64,000 nt of DNA, from assembly GCA_002104905.1 (NCBI GenBank), contig MCFE01000397.1, forward strand, positions 17,806-81,805. Reading direction: 5' to 3'. This document shows, piece after piece, positions 62,593-64,000 of the stretch (positions are counted from its first letter, which is position 1; each line of letters starts with the position of its first letter). The stretch comes from Basidiobolus meristosporus CBS 931.73. Lineage: Eukaryota; Fungi; Basidiobolomycota. The position numbers and the translations under genes are program-made. The notes under the pieces were generated by a model. That model had not been told where the DNA came from. It worked only from the letters and a program-made list of their open reading frames with translations, and searched no databases.

Positions 62593-63658
62593 TTATAAAA
62601 TCAGGCATTTGCTCTTTTTCTTCTTATCTCTTCCGGCGATGCTGTTTGCTCTGCGATCCCCTTCTTTGGAGGTGCGGATCATACGGACAACAGAGTAAAA
62701 CGCCTTCTCAACGTTCACTGCCGTTTTGGCAGAGCTTTCGATGAATTCACAGCCCAGGCGCCTGGCCAATCCAAGCCCCTCCTCCTTGGACACCTCTCGC
62801 TCGTTGGTTTTGTCGCATTTGTTGCCAACCAGCATCATTGGGACCTGCTCAGTGTCCTTGACTCGGATAATTTGATCTCTGAAACGTTCAATCCGCTCGA
62901 ATGTGGACCGCGAAGCGATGGAATATACCAGCAAAAAGCCCTCGCCATCTCTGAAGATTATAGGATACCAGTTAGATGTGCAACGATGCTCCGCTGGAGA
63001 GAAGGGGGAAATTGGCATAATATGATGCTGAATCGAAGTACAAACCTAATCCACTGGTCACGGAGAGCGGTGTATTCCTCTAAATATCAGAAAATTCATC
63101 GTTAGGGCCACGACAACAGAGTCGTAACATATCAGCCAAGCTCGATCCTGACCTTGGCCAGCTGTATCCAAAACCTCCAACATGCAAGAATGGTCATCAA
63201 TTACTGCCTGTTTGCGGTAGGAGTCTTCGATGGTGGGGTCATAGGTCTATTTTTTGGGTCTGGGTATTAGCGAACGGCTACTGGAATGGGAGGGATGCTG
63301 TATTAGGATCGTGCTTTGAACGGCACCGCTTACTGACCTCTAGATAACAAGTCAAGTGTTAATTTCATCCTTTACATTATAGAGGTTGCTTTGTCTTACC
63401 GACGAAATGGTTCAGACAGAGCTGGCAATAAGTTCCCAAAGATTAATACATTTCCCTGGCATTAGCCGTACGTATATATGTGGCTTACTTGAATAGTCAA
63501 TGCGGTCTACCAGTCACATATGAAGTAAGGCGGATAAATTCCATTTGAAGCCATTTAGTTTCCATTACTATCCCATGGGTGGGATGACAAGTACGCAAAA
63601 AAGAAAATACCTTGCCTACACCTCCATCACCTAAAACTACAATTTTATACAATATCAT
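62593..63658 (-). CDS. RAS2: Ras2-type small GTPase; exons 63658-63611, 63506-63489, 63421-63400, 63339-63338 (2 nt), 63246-63153, 63079-63046, 62950-62593
   Basis: [86 protein letters not shown] (CaaX). Confidence 0.92.
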
Positions 63659-63976
63659 CTTGTAATAGATAGGCGCAAGGAAAGGAAGGGACGGAGAGAG
63701 GAGGGGAGGGAAGATGAGAAGGGTAGGAGTCGGGGTGCTTACTAGGCTTCTATGCGAGGAGAGATGAGCTAAGCCAGCAGGATTAAATTAACAAGCCACA
63801 ATGGTCAATAGGCAGAAGACAGAAGAGGAATAAAGGCCGAGAGAATAGGGAGTGTGAGAGTAAAGAAGGGGGAGGGCAACTCACGATGGTGCTACTACCC
63901 AGTGGAGTGAAAAAACCAGCACAAATTAATAATGGTGGGGAGAAGTGAGGGGAGGCTGGAATGGAATCAACAGGTG

Positions 63977-63996
63977 AGGGTTAGGGTTAGGGTTAG
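63977..63996 (+). repeat. Three TTAGGG-type units (interstitial telobox)
   Basis: AGGGTTAGGGTTAGGGTTAG followed by non-telomeric TGTG, ~320 bp upstream of the Ras ATG. Confidence 0.7.
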
Positions 63997-64000
63997 TGTG

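Noticed and set aside
62872-63105. ORF-track N-terminus [11 protein letters not shown].. of Ras and the antisense ORF 62872-63105
   Set aside because: The former is intronic read-through; the latter is an antisense shadow.
63977-64000. True telomere at the window end
   Set aside because: Only three units, followed by non-telomeric TGTG, and directly upstream of a gene.

Overview
Intron-rich fungal genomic DNA (species not identifiable from sequence alone) in two sharply different halves. Bases ~1-52,150 are a nested transposon graveyard almost devoid of CpG. It holds two Ty1/Copia families (one copy with an unbroken 1305-aa ORF but mutated catalytic residues), a tRNA-primed Ty3/Gypsy family without a chromodomain, and a chromodomain Gypsy family (two full copies plus a solo LTR) that keeps a Tf1-type self-priming site and a GGGAAAC-plus-hairpin -1 frameshift signal. 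It also holds four copies or fragments of a CMC/EnSpm-type DNA transposon (CCC...GGG termini, 4-bp TSD, divergent accessory ORF) and a MITE/foldback family with AGACTTGTTCC termini and AAT TSD. Bases ~52,150-64,000 are CpG-rich. An unassigned segment with tRNA-Ala-like complementarity is followed by five minus-strand genes: Rab11/YPT31, a secreted Ser/Gly/Tyr repeat protein, SEC12, AP-1 gamma adaptin and a Ras2-type GTPase whose reading frame appears to need a 2-nt microexon. Gene models were spliced by hand. TE boundaries without a stated TSD are approximate. No database search was run.
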